The notes under the pieces were generated by a model that was not told where the DNA came from, made no database searches, and saw only the letters and a program-made list of their open reading frames with translations. DNA of 64,000 bases, taken from contig CAVUAK010000002.1 of the NCBI GenBank assembly GCA_963739455.1, forward strand, positions 96,001 through 160,000, read 5' to 3'. The DNA is from an uncultured Gemmatimonadales bacterium. Lineage in GTDB: Bacteria > Gemmatimonadota > Gemmatimonadetes > Gemmatimonadales > GWC2-71-9. Of this stretch, positions 45,854 to 56,281 are shown piece by piece (position 1 is the first letter of the stretch; every line of letters begins with the position of its first letter). Both the position numbers and the translations under genes were made by a program.

Positions 45854-47617
45854 CTACTTCACCACCGCTATCCCCAGGGGCTGCCCCAGGCCAGTGGCCG
45901 CCCCCTTGATGGTCCGCACGCTGGAAACCGTCAGGTTCGGCGCCACCCCCGCCGTCTGGATCACATAGATGGCATTGCCGCTGTAGTCCACCAGGTAGAT
46001 CACGGGTGGTGTCACCCCCGCGTCCAGCAGCACCCCTCCCGGATAGGAAATTGGAACCGCAGGAGCGCCGATGGTGGCCGTGGGTGCCGTGGCCCCAGTG
46101 GCGGTCAGGGGGAACAGGGCGATCCCGGTGCCTGGGCTGCTCAACGCGATCGTGTTCCCACCGACGCTCATCGCCTGGGTGTTGGCAGTGCTGGGGGTGA
46201 AGCTCCGGATCGGGGCGACGTTCCCCGTGCTTCCGGGGGCGTAGACATTCACGGTGCCGCCGAACGCATTCGAGACAATGATGTTGCCGCTGGCGTCCCG
46301 GTCGATCCCGGAGGGCACGCTGAGGACGGTGTTGCCGCCATCGATGCTGTAGTCGCTCGTGGTGGCACCGCTGGCGAAGTGGAAGACGCCGGTCGCTCCC
46401 CCCGCGGCGGATCCGCAGTTGGGGCAGGTACCCACCAGCAGTTCGTCGCCCGGCCCCACATCGATCACCTGGGGTGACCATTCAGCCCCGTTCGTCAGCG
46501 TCCGGCTCGGCGCCACATCGCCGGTCGCAGTCTGGGGGTACATGGTGACCTTCGCTCCCGTCCGGTTCGCCACATAGAGGTTCCCCTGCGTGTCCATCCC
46601 GATCCCGATCGGCAGCGATAGCTGGGTGCTTGCACCCTTGATCACCCGCACCGGCGCCGCATTTCCGGTGGCATCCAGCGCGAACACCCGAATGGAATTG
46701 TCGGCGGCATTGGTGACGTAGATGCCGGCGGCGCCCTGCGCTGGCGTCTCCGGGTCCACTGCGGCGAACGGGCTGAAGTTCCGTACCCGCCCGCCGATGC
46801 CGGGGCGGCGTGCCAGGAGTGACGCGCCCCGCAGCGTGCTCGGCCCTACGCCGTCACAATCGAGAAACGGTGCCTCCACCCGCTCGAGCAGTTCGATCGC
46901 CGACGGATCGCTGGGGTCGGGATGGGCCAGTTGCAGGCGGTTGAAGACATCGTCGGGCGCATAGTACGGACTCGAGGACTCGGTCACCTGGCAAACGCCG
47001 ATGATGGCATCGGCCGCCAGGGTGATCACTGGCGTGAAGGTGAACTCGTAGAAGAGGGGGTACTGGTCCAGGCTGGTGGGAAGCGGCCCATCAGTCGGCG
47101 AATGTGCTGAAGCATCGGGCAGCCGATCAGCCACCAGCAGGGCCGGCCGACTCAGCGCCCCCGCAGGAATGTCGATGCCCGCGTGGAGGGTCTGGGTCGT
47201 GAAGGTGCCGCCGGTTGCCTCGACCACTGCCACGATTCCCTCGTTGCCGAAGCTCGAGGGGCTGAGCGGCGGCGTCCCCAGCCCTGCCGTGGCAAACACA
47301 TCCTTGAGGAAGCTGCTCAGGGAGGCCGGTAGCCCCGCCCCACCCTCCAGGCGTCCCGCCTGGAATTCGCCGAGCGTCAGCGTAGCGAGCGAGAAGGCCC
47401 GTTCATCCGCCGTTGCGTTGTCCCCCGCCGCGGCAGCTGCCTCGAGCTGGTCAGACAGCCCTACCGCCTCGTTCTCCGCGGTACCCGCTGGAAAGATCTC
47501 CTTCGCCTGGACGGCGAGCCCATCGGGCCCGCCGCCCCCGCCGTCGCTCCCACAACCCGCCAGCAACGACACAAGAAAAATCGCAGCCAGCGGGCTGGCC
47601 TGACGGAACGACGGCAT
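45854..47617 (-). CDS. Lipoprotein with ZU5-like N-terminal module and NHL-like beta-propeller
   Basis: LAGC lipobox; GGT...GIDIPAGAL; repeats GIGMDTQGNLYVAN, GIDRDASGNIIVSN and GN(A/V)AP. Confidence 0.7.
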   Translation of the reverse strand: MPSFRQASPLAAIFLVSLLAGCGSDGGGGGPDGLAVQAKEIFPAGTAENEAVGLSDQLEAAAAAGDNATADERAFSLATLTLGEFQAGRLEGGAGLPASLSSFLKDVFATAGLGTPPLSPSSFGNEGIVAVVEATGGTFTTQTLHAGIDIPAGALSRPALLVADRLPDASAHSPTDGPLPTSLDQYPLFYEFTFTPVITLAADAIIGVCQVTESSSPYYAPDDVFNRLQLAHPDPSDPSAIELLERVEAPFLDCDGVGPSTLRGASLLARRPGIGGRVRNFSPFAAVDPETPAQGAAGIYVTNAADNSIRVFALDATGNAAPVRVIKGASTQLSLPIGIGMDTQGNLYVANRTGAKVTMYPQTATGDVAPSRTLTNGAEWSPQVIDVGPGDELLVGTCPNCGSAAGGATGVFHFASGATTSDYSIDGGNTVLSVPSGIDRDASGNIIVSNAFGGTVNVYAPGSTGNVAPIRSFTPSTANTQAMSVGGNTIALSSPGTGIALFPLTATGATAPTATIGAPAVPISYPGGVLLDAGVTPPVIYLVDYSGNAIYVIQTAGVAPNLTVSSVRTIKGAATGLGQPLGIAVVK

Positions 47618-47674
47618 CTAGGGACTCCGGATCTCAGCAGGAGGTGGGTCGGGAGATGATACGGCCCAAAAGAA

Positions 47675-47701
47675 AAGGGCGATAGATCTCCTATCGCCCT
47701 T
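47675..47701 (-). terminator. Intrinsic terminator after rne
   Basis: 11-bp stem AAGGGCGATAG-atctc-CTATCGCCCTT; TTTTCTTTT follows on the minus strand. Confidence 0.8.
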
Positions 47702-47708
47702 CCAGCCA

Positions 47709-47740
47709 CTTCACGTCCTCACGTCTTCACGTCTTCAGGT
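47709..47740. repeat. Octamer tandem repeat (CTTCACGT)x4, imperfect
   Basis: cttcacgt cctcacgt cttcacgt cttcaggt. Confidence 0.85.
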
Positions 47741-49419
47741 CATGCAACCGCGTACTGCTGCGTCACGTCCCTTCCCGCCGGCCGGCTCATGAGCCGGAAG
47801 TCGTCCAGGCGGATCATCGGGTCGTCCCGCAACTCCAGGTCGAGTCCGGTCAGCTTCTGCAGCGTCTGGAGCAGCTTCGGCTCCTCCTCCAGCAGGTAGA
47901 GCGCCACCTCGGGGTGCAGCCGGACCGTCAGCTGCCGCTCCCGGTGCTCATGGCCCGGCCCGCTTGAGCGAGCGCTCCAGCCGTCGGGCCACCACCTCCG
48001 GCGTGAAGACACGGCCCGTTGCCGGCACAGGTGGGGCAGTCGAACGTCATCGAGTGCCACAGCGACGGCCGGACGCGCTGGCGCGTCATCTCGACCAGCC
48101 CGAGCTCCGACACCGCGAGCGCCTTGGTGCGCGCCCGGTCGCGGCCGAGGTGCGTGCGCAGCTCCTGGAGCACCGGTCGCGGTTGGCGCGCGTCTCCATG
48201 TCGATGAAGTCGCAGACGATGATGCCGCCGATGTCGCGCAGGCGGATCTGGCGCGCGATCTCGCGGGACGCCTCGAGATTGGTGCGAAGGATCGTCTTCT
48301 CCGGATCCTTCTTGCCGGTGTAGCGACCGGTGTTCACGTCGATGGAGATGAGCGCCTCGGTCGGCTGGATGATGATCGAGCCGCCGGTGGGAAGCTCGCA
48401 GCGCGCCTTGAAGAGGTCGCGGATTTCCGACTCGATGTCGTACTTGTCGAACAGCGGCGTCGACTCGGTGTACATGTGCACCCGCTGCATCAGGTCGGGA
48501 TCGACCTGCTGCAGGTACTGCTCGATCTCGTGGTGCAGCTCCTTCGAGTCGACCTGCAGCGCGTCGACCTTCCAGCTGAACAGGTCGCGGATGATGCCGC
48601 GGGTGAGGCTCGTCTCCCGCTGCAGCAGCGCCGGCGCCTTGCGGACGAAGGTCTTCTTCCGGTTGATCTTCTTCCAGAGGTTGAGCAGCGAGTCGACCTC
48701 GCGCTGGAAGTTCTCCTCCGTGACCCCCTCGGCCACGGTGCGCACGATCATGCCGCCGGAATCGGCGCGGCAGGAGCCGGCCCACCATTTCACGCAGCTT
48801 CGCCCGCTCCTCGCGGCTCTCGATCTTGCGGCTGACGCCCACCTTGCGAGGCGAACGGCATGTAGACGAGGAAACGACCGGGGAGGGAGATCTGGGCGGT
48901 GACCCGGCAGCCCTTGGTGCTGATGGGCTCCTTGGTGACCTGGACGACGAGGTTCTGGCCCTTCTTCAGGATGTCGGCGATGTTCGGCAGTGCCCGGCGG
49001 CTGGACACCTCGCGCTGGCGGGCCTCGTTGCCACCACCATTGCCGTTGCCACGCTTTCGCCGGCCACGCCAGTTTTTCTGGTCGTCGCCGCTCGAGCTGG
49101 CGTCGGACTCGCCCGAGTCCTGGGCCGGCTCCTCGTCCACCTCGTCGTGCTCATCGGCCTCGTCGTCGGACGGCTCGTCGTCGTCCTCGTCGGGCTCCAG
49201 GAGATCGGAGGCGTGGAGAAAGGCACTCTTCTCCTGACCGATGTCCACGAACGCGGCTTGAATTCCGGGGAGGACGGCGTCGACCCGTCCGAGGTAGATG
49301 TCGCCGACTGTGCGGCGGTGATCGGGGCGGTCGACCAGAAGTTCGACCAGCCGATCATCTTCGAGGATGGCCAGGCGCGTCTCGCGCTGGCTCCCGTTGA
49401 TGAGGATCTCGCGCTTCAC
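47740..49419 (-). CDS. rne: Ribonuclease E/G family (several indels)
   Basis: GDIYLG, QAAFVDIG, KEPISTKG, IDVNTG, DIGGIIVCDFIDM, LVEMTRQR and CPTC. Confidence 0.92.
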
Positions 49420-49658
49420 GAGCGGACCTCAGCCGCACCCACGTACTCCCCCTGCGGCTGGTTCGGCCACCGAGGAAACGGGACACGGCATGCGCAAGGT
49501 TAGGTGGGGCGTGTCCGCTCACCGGCGGCACTGCCCCGAGCATCAGGCCCTCGGCGCCAAATCGGTAGCGAGGGCGGCAACATGAGCGTTACACCCCGAC
49601 ATCACAGCCCGACTGGCCAGCGGGCGCTTCGGTGGTGCTGCGCTGCAAGACTGCTCTA

Positions 49659-49687
49659 AAGGTAAGATGAGCAATCGTTTAGGGCAA
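49659..49687 (-). promoter_or_regulatory. Putative sigma70 promoter of rne
   Basis: TTGCCC-N17-TACCTT about 240 nt upstream of the start codon. Confidence 0.5.
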
Positions 49688-49689
49688 TA

Positions 49690-50906
49690 TCAGCCGTTGA
49701 CGATGTCACCCAGAATGTGCCGCGCGATGACCAGGCGCTGGATTTCGCTGGTTCCCTCGCCGATCTCGCAGACCTTGGCGTCACGCATCATCCGCTCGAC
49801 CGGATATTCGGTGGTGTAGCCGTAGCCGCCGAAGATCTGGACAGCCTTTGTGGTCGCGCGCATGGCCAGTTCCGAGCAGAACAGCTTGGCCATGGCCGCT
49901 TCCTTCTTGAACGGCTTGCCGTTCTGCTTGAGCCAGGCGGCATGGTACAGCAGGTGGGTACCGGCCTCGATTTCCAGTGCCATGTCGGCCAGCTGGAAGC
50001 TGATCCCCTGGAACGATCCGATCGCCTTCCCGAACTGCTTCCGGTACCCCGGCGTACTTGAGCGCCTCGTCGTAGGCCCCCTCGGCGATGCCCAGCGACA
50101 GGGCGGCAATGCCGATGCGGCCGGCGTCCAGGGTCTTGAGGAAGTTGACGAACCCGTCGCCCACCTTGCCCAGGACGTTCTCCTTCGGGATGATCGCGTC
50201 CTCGAAGACGAGCTCACGGGTGTCGCTGGCCCTCCACCCCATCTTGTCTTCCTTCTTGCCGGCCCGGACTCCCTTGATCTTGGGCAGGTCGGCGGCGTGT
50301 CCCACCCCGACGCGCTTTGCCTCGTCCAGGTCCACCGTGTCCTTGGTGACCAGCAGGCTGGTGATGCCCCGGTTACCCGGCCCGGTCGCGCGCAGTGACG
50401 CTGAAGATCTCTCCCACGCCGGCGTGGGTGATGAAGATCTTCGACCCGTTGAGCAGGTAGTGATCGCCCTTGTCGACCGCAGTGGTGGCGGTGCCGCCGG
50501 CATCACTGCCGGCGCCCGGCTCCGTCAGCCCGAAGCCGCCGAGCACCTTGCCCGAGGCGAGCAGCGGCACGTACTGCTCCTGCTGCGCCTTGGTGCCGAA
50601 GTCCATGATCGGCGACGTGCCGAGGTTGGTGTGGGCGCTGATGGTGAGGGCGTGACTCGCGTCCACCTTCGCCAGCTCATGAATCGTGATGTAGTAGGAC
50701 AACTGGTCCATCCCTGCCCCGCCCATCTCCTCACTCCATGGCACCCCGAGCAGGCCGAGGTCGGCCATCTTCCGGATGTTGTCCCAGGGGAAGGTGGAGG
50801 TGCGGTCGAGTTCGCGGGCGACGGGAGCGACTTCGGTGCGGCCAAACTCACGCACCATGTCGCGGACCTGAAAGTGCTGCTCGGATAGGTAGAGGGAGAG
50901 ATCCAT
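49690..50906 (-). CDS. Acyl-CoA dehydrogenase, short/branched-chain type (indels)
   Basis: [37 protein letters not shown] and [10 protein letters not shown]. Confidence 0.92.
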
Positions 50907-50923
50907 GGGGTCGGAATATACGC

Positions 50924-53384
50924 CTAGAAGCTGAGCGTGCCCGAGAAGGCGAAAGTCCAGCGGTTGATCCGTGACGTCCTTTACGAACAGGAAATCGGTG
51001 CTGGACGTAACGCCCAGGTTGTGGGTAAACCACACCGCTTCCGCCTTCACGCCAATGCTCGGGCCGCCGATTTTCCGGATCGGGATGTACTCGAAGCCGG
51101 CGCCAAGGTTCCAGGTGTTGGGAAGGAGGTTATTGAAGAAGCTGGGCCGCCGCACCCACGGGGAGGTGCCGTCGCCCAGGATCTCGCCGGCAAATGTCGC
51201 ATCGTTCAGCTGATACCAGCTCAAGCCGTAGCCGCCCTTGATGTACGGCTGGAATCCGTCGATGGCCAGGTTGTACCGCATGCTGCCGACGAACTCCCAG
51301 AAGTCGAGGTTGGCCCGCAACTGGTATTCGCCAGGCGCGCCGACGACAACCACCGTCTCCCCGATGGTGCTGTTGGAGTGCCGCAGGCTGCTCTCGCTGA
51401 CGAAGCGCCGCCCGACATACAGGTTGACCCCGACCAGCCATTGCACCGCGAGGTCATTGAGGCTGCCAGTCGTCCGCGCTTCTACGCTGTCGCTGCCGGC
51501 GAGGGTCGCAAACTCGTTGATCAGCGGGATGAACAGCTCGTTGAACCCGAAGAGCCCCATCCATTCGTCCTTCGGCTTGAACATCGATACGCCACCGGAA
51601 AACCCCCAGGACCGGAATGGCACCGTGTTCGCCGGGAAGAACGCCGGGCCCGAACTCTTCCGGGTGGCGCGTGCCGGTGCGCTGAGCACCCGGTAGATGA
51701 TGTCAAACCCCGGCAGCGTTGCGATCAATGGCACGGTGAGGTTGAAGTAGCCCCAGCCGGTCTGGAAGTTGTCCTGGATGCTCGCGGGAAACTGCGCGCT
51801 CAGGCGATTGGGGTCGTAGGTGCCGTAGCCTGCCGCCTCCCCAGTTCGGTTCCAGCCGCTGTTGAATGGCGGGCTCGCAATGGAGGAGTTGCCGGTTTCA
51901 GCGTACTTGACGATGCCGGCGAAGGGCGACACGGTGGCCGGGTACCCGAACCGGATGGGCAGGACGAGCCAGAGCCACTCGGCGCGCGCGGCCGCATCGT
52001 CCTCCACCATCGGGAGGACGCGTTCCCAGTCGGGCACGAGCTGCGAGGCGGGCGGGATTGTCGAGGCGCACGATCGGCGCCGTTTCCGGTGCGTTCGAGT
52101 CGGGCGGCTGCCGGAACTCGTTCCACCGGTGCTTCACCAGCTCGCCCGTGCCCTGTGGACCGACATCCTTGTAGAGCGCGACAAACGGATAGCTGCCATG
52201 ACTGGCCCGTCCCAGCGAGGTGGGCTTGGAGATCAGCGCCTGCAGGCCCCGGTTGTCACCCCCGATGAACACGATCGGGTGAAAGTTGAACACCGTTTCC
52301 GCATCGTCCATGTACGCCTGGTTGCGGATCTGCTCCCAGATCTTCTTCTCGCCGACCCGGTCTGCCGGCAGGGCGTCCATCTGCTTCTCCCATGCGTCGC
52401 GCGGCAGGTAGACGTTGGGCTCGAAATAGTCGAGACGGAATACCCAGTGATGGAAGTAGTACTGGAGCTCGCGGGTAATGATGTCGTCGAGCGGTGGCGG
52501 ACTCGCGAGGAACGCGCGCATTTCGTCGGCTGAGAGGCCCTCCGCGCCTTGCGCCCGGGTCGTCAGCAGGACGTTGAGGTGCTCCCAGTCGCCCTCGTGG
52601 ATGTTGCCGGCGTCATTGTACGGGTAGAAGAACCAGTACTGCAGCACGAGCCGATATCGCGGGTCGGCCGCAGGCCGGCCGGCAACCTCGACGATGAACG
52701 GGTGCACGAACGTCTTCGCGAAGCCGAGGTACTCTCGCTTGAGGCTCGCCGTTCGACCCGGTGTACTCCGCATGCCAGGTGGCCGGGCTTTCGCCGGGAA
52801 ACTGGAAGTACATCACCGTGGCGGCGTCGCGGTCAGGCTGCACCGGCTGTGGCGGATGGCGAGACTCGGGGCCGTACTTGCCGAGGAGCGCCAGGATCCT
52901 GCAGTCGGGAACGGTATCGTTGGCGGCATCCGCTGCCGAGACGGGACACGGCTGCCTCGCCACAGCCTGCATGTTGATCGAGCTGCTGCTCACCAGTCGC
53001 GGCGCGTCACTCGAGATATCAAACCGATCCACGAAGAGCGGAAAGGTCACTCCCTGGTAGATGAACTTCTGCCAGTCCATGGGGAAGTCGACGGTGTTGC
53101 GCACCATCCAGGGTGCGAAGCGCGCCGAGAGCAGGAGCAGCCACCGGTCACGCGCGTCGTCGATGCCATTGCGCGGATCGACGTCCACATATCCCGGCGC
53201 CGACGTATCCCCATACAGCTGGAACAGCGCGGTGGAGGGCTGCTGCGCGATGGGGAGCGGCAGTCCGGGAGTGAGATAGGTCAGGTAGGTGGGACTCGGG
53301 AATCTCCTGCGCGCGCGCAGTTCGCGCGATCATCATCGCGCCAGGCAGGAGAGTCGCGAGTGCCACCGCGCGGAGCTTACGCAT
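50924..53384 (-). CDS. Secreted hypothetical protein: Vps62/NLP-like domain plus C-terminal beta-barrel (about 4 indels)
   Basis: Signal peptide ARA-Q; LQYWFFYPYND...HEGDWEH; SHGSY; barrel strands QPYIKGGYG and WNLGAGFE; ends TLSF*. Confidence 0.6.
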
Positions 53385-53712
53385 GAGAAATCTTGAGCCC
53401 TATGACGCCGGCGATGATCAGGCATACGGAGCCGATGCGCATCGGCGTGACCGCATCGCCGAAGTAGGCGATGCCGATGAGGAAGGTGCCCGCCGCACCG
53501 ATCCCGGTCCACACCGCGTAGGCCGTCCCGATCGGGATGTCGCGCTGGGCCATCCACAGCAGCACCCCGCTTGCGGACATGCACACCGCGGCCAAAGCCA
53601 GCCCGGCCACGCGACGATCAGCCGCCTGGCTCAGCTTGAAGCCAAGCGACCAGCCAATCTCGAGCAGCCCGGCGAAAACGAGTATTGCCCACGCCATGGC
53701 AGGCCGGGTCAC
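53377..53712 (-). CDS. SMR-family exporter, SugE/Gdx-like
   Basis: AGLLEIGW, PIGTAYAVWTGIG and GVIGLK. Confidence 0.88.
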   Translation of the reverse strand: MTRPAMAWAILVFAGLLEIGWSLGFKLSQAADRRVAGLALAAVCMSASGVLLWMAQRDIPIGTAYAVWTGIGAAGTFLIGIAYFGDAVTPMRIGSVCLIIAGVIGLKISHA

Positions 53713-54499
53713 TTCATGGCCTCACGCGCGTCCACGATGGCCTGATCGAAGGCATCGATGCGGATGAAGCCGAAGCGCGGATACTCGAGGTCCATGATGA
53801 CGAACACCGCGGCGGAGAGGACGAGCGAAAACCCGAGCCGGTGAAGCCAGTTGCGCCCGGAGGTGGCTCGACATGCCGTAACCGGCGAACAAGGCACAGC
53901 AGAGCGTAAGCGCCGACAGCAAGCGCGAAGATGACACCGGGTGGATGCGTCTGCGCCGACCAGAAGCGGGTGTTCGTGATGTCGATCATCGCGTTCACCG
54001 CTGGAAGCAGCAGCACGCTCGGCGCGGTGGTGGGCGCGGACTGGGTGCCACTCACCGACAGCTTCCAGATTTCACCCTGGAGCGCGTTCGCCCGCTCCAG
54101 GTGGTCCATCGCCAGCTTCAGGTTCGGGAGCACCCGGTACGCCTCGATGCGCGCGTCGGCATACTGCCTGAACTTCTGGCGAAGCGCCGGCTGCGCATCG
54201 GCAGGAAGGAGGTCCAGCCGGAGGTACGCCGTGCCGATGTCGTTGGCCTCCTCGACGATCAACGCGCGGCGCTGGTCGAACCGCGCCGCTGCCCCGGAGA
54301 ACGTGAAGGCCACGATGAGGCCGAGCAGGGCGAAGAGCGAGCCTTCGACTGCGGCCAGCCCGGCCCCATGCGCATCACCCAGCCGCGCGCGCTGCCGGAT
54401 GCCAATGCGCCGGCCAACTTCCAGCATCACCAGCATCCCGCCACACAAAAGGCCGGCGAACTGCCATGCGCCGACCGTGGTGACGCCCTCGCTCAGCAT
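53709..54499 (-). CDS. Membrane protein, DUF4239/bestrophin-like (indel near 53880)
   Basis: LLGLIVAFTFS...RFDQRR...EANDIGTAYLR; IMDLEYPR. Confidence 0.75.
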
Positions 54500-54599
54500 A
54501 GCGTTGCTCCACGCGGTACTACCCGGCTGTCAGGTTCACTGGGATGGATTGGCCCTGCGGTGCATTCTAGCGATGGCTTGGCCGACACGTAACCCGTCG

Positions 54600-55953
54600 T
54601 CAGCCTCCTGGTCCGCACCTGTCGCACCCACTGCAGCGCGCGTGATGCTCGCCAAAGTACCGGAGCAGCTCGTCCCGCCGGCATCGCCGCGTGGTCGCAT
54701 ATCGCTCCACGGAACCAATGCGCGCCTCGGCCAGTCGCCGGCGACGCTTGACCGGGCTCCAGTCGACCCGACCTGATTCCTGCAGTACCTCGTGCCGCAA
54801 GCGCTCCGCCGATTCGCGCAGGCCGGCAGGTGCCCGCTGCGCCGCCTCCGGGTCGCGCCACAGCCGCTCGACCGCGCGCGACGCCGGAAACGTCACGTCG
54901 AGTTGCTCCCGTTGCCGGTCGGAATCACCCTTCCGATAGAGCAGGACGCAGCGAGCCGCCGCGCCGTCCCGCCCTGCGCGCCCCGCTTCCTGATAGTACG
55001 ACTCGAGGGTGGGCGGCATCGACCAGTGGACCACGAGGCGCACGTTGGGCGCATCGATGCCCATGCCGAAGGCACAGGTCGCGACCACGACCTGCAGCTG
55101 AGAATTGGTGAATCGCTGGAGCGCACCCAGCTTGTACTCGCTCGTGAGCCCGGCGTGATACGGCACCGCGTCGTATCCCGCGAGGCGAAGCGCGCGGGTC
55201 AGCGCCTCGGTGACGCTCCGCGTCGGCGTGTAGACGATCGCGAGCGGTTCGCTCTCGTCGAGCTCGCCCAGCAGGACCTTGAAGCGCTCCGGCTCCGAGG
55301 AAACGGCGCGCACGTGGAAGCGCAGGTTGGGCCGGTCGAAGGAGGCGACGTACTGGGTCGCTGCCGCGCCACTGCGGAACTGCGAGCTGTTTCGTGATGT
55401 CCTTCCGCACATCGGGTGTCGCGCTCCCGGTGAGCGCCACCACGGGCGGCCCGCCGAGCAGCCGACGTACCAGGCCGAGCTGTCGATAGGCCGGGCGGAA
55501 ATCCGGTCCCCATTCGGAAATGCAGTGCGCCTCATCGACCGCCAGCATCGCCGGCGCGCCGACCTGCTGCTTGAGCGCGGTCGCCGACGCCGCCAGGCGC
55601 TCCGGGGACAGGTACAGCAGCCGGAGGCTCCGGTTCCGGAGTGCATCCATCACCAGCAAGCGCTCCACCGCAGGTGTGGCACTGGTCAGCGCGGCGGCGG
55701 GGATGCCGCGCCGCAGACAGGCCGCGACCTGGTCGGTCATGAGGCTGATGAGGGGCGAGACGACGATCGTGATACCGTCGAGCAGCAGCGCGGGCACCTG
55801 GAAGCAGGCCGACTTGCCGGCACCGGTGGGCAGGACGGCAAGGGTGTCGCGCCCGCTCAGGACGGAACGGACGACCTCGCGCTGGGACGGACGGAAGTCG
55901 GGAAAGCCGAAGTGGCGGAGCAGGACGGCACGCGCGTCGGTGAGGGTCGGCAT
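54600..55953 (-). CDS. recQ: RecQ-family helicase, short form without HRDC (indel near 55385)
   Basis: PTGAGKS, DEAHCISEWG, FGMGID, QEAGRAGRDG and Zn-binding CRR...CSGCDRC. Confidence 0.9.
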
Positions 55954-56014
55954 GTGGCACATTCGCCTTCCCTCTCGGTCACGTCATCATCCAAACGGTG
56001 CAGACCGGCGCTCG

Positions 56015-56048
56015 CCTACCCGCCCTACCCGCCCTACCCGCCCTGCCC
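56015..56048. repeat. Nonamer tandem repeat (CCTACCCGC)x3 plus a partial copy
   Basis: Read directly upstream of recQ. Confidence 0.85.
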
Positions 56049-56101
56049 TTTGTCAGCCGCCCGAATCTGCTAGTTTAGGTGGGCACTCACACGAGGGCGG
56101 T

Positions 56102-56278
56102 ATGAAGGACAAGCAGCTCGAGGCACTCATCAAGAAGAACATGGCGAAGGCTGAGAAGCCCAAGTCCAAGGTCCGTCCCACCTACGACTCGACGCTGGAT
56201 GTGACGCGCCGGCCGGAGCGGCCCGACCAGCAGGAGCACGAGGAGTTCTTCGACGACATGAAGCGGCGGGAGTTCTAG
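56102..56278 (+). CDS. Small charged hypothetical protein, 58 aa
   Basis: GAGG RBS, ATG and strong G/C third-position bias; fills the recQ-meaB gap. Confidence 0.65.
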   Translation: MKDKQLEALIKKNMAKAEKPKSKVRPTYDSTLDVTRRPERPDQQEHEEFFDDMKRREF

Positions 56279-56281
56279 GCC

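Noticed and set aside
50373..52037. Apparent beta-barrel/acyl-CoA dehydrogenase fusion
   Set aside because: An indel near 50970 bypasses the barrel's TLSF* end; the dehydrogenase has its own ATG at 50906.
54500..54600. Guanidine riboswitch upstream of the operon containing the Gdx-like gene
   Set aside because: No paired ACGR-loop hairpins or other recognisable ykkC-class consensus by eye; cmscan would be needed.
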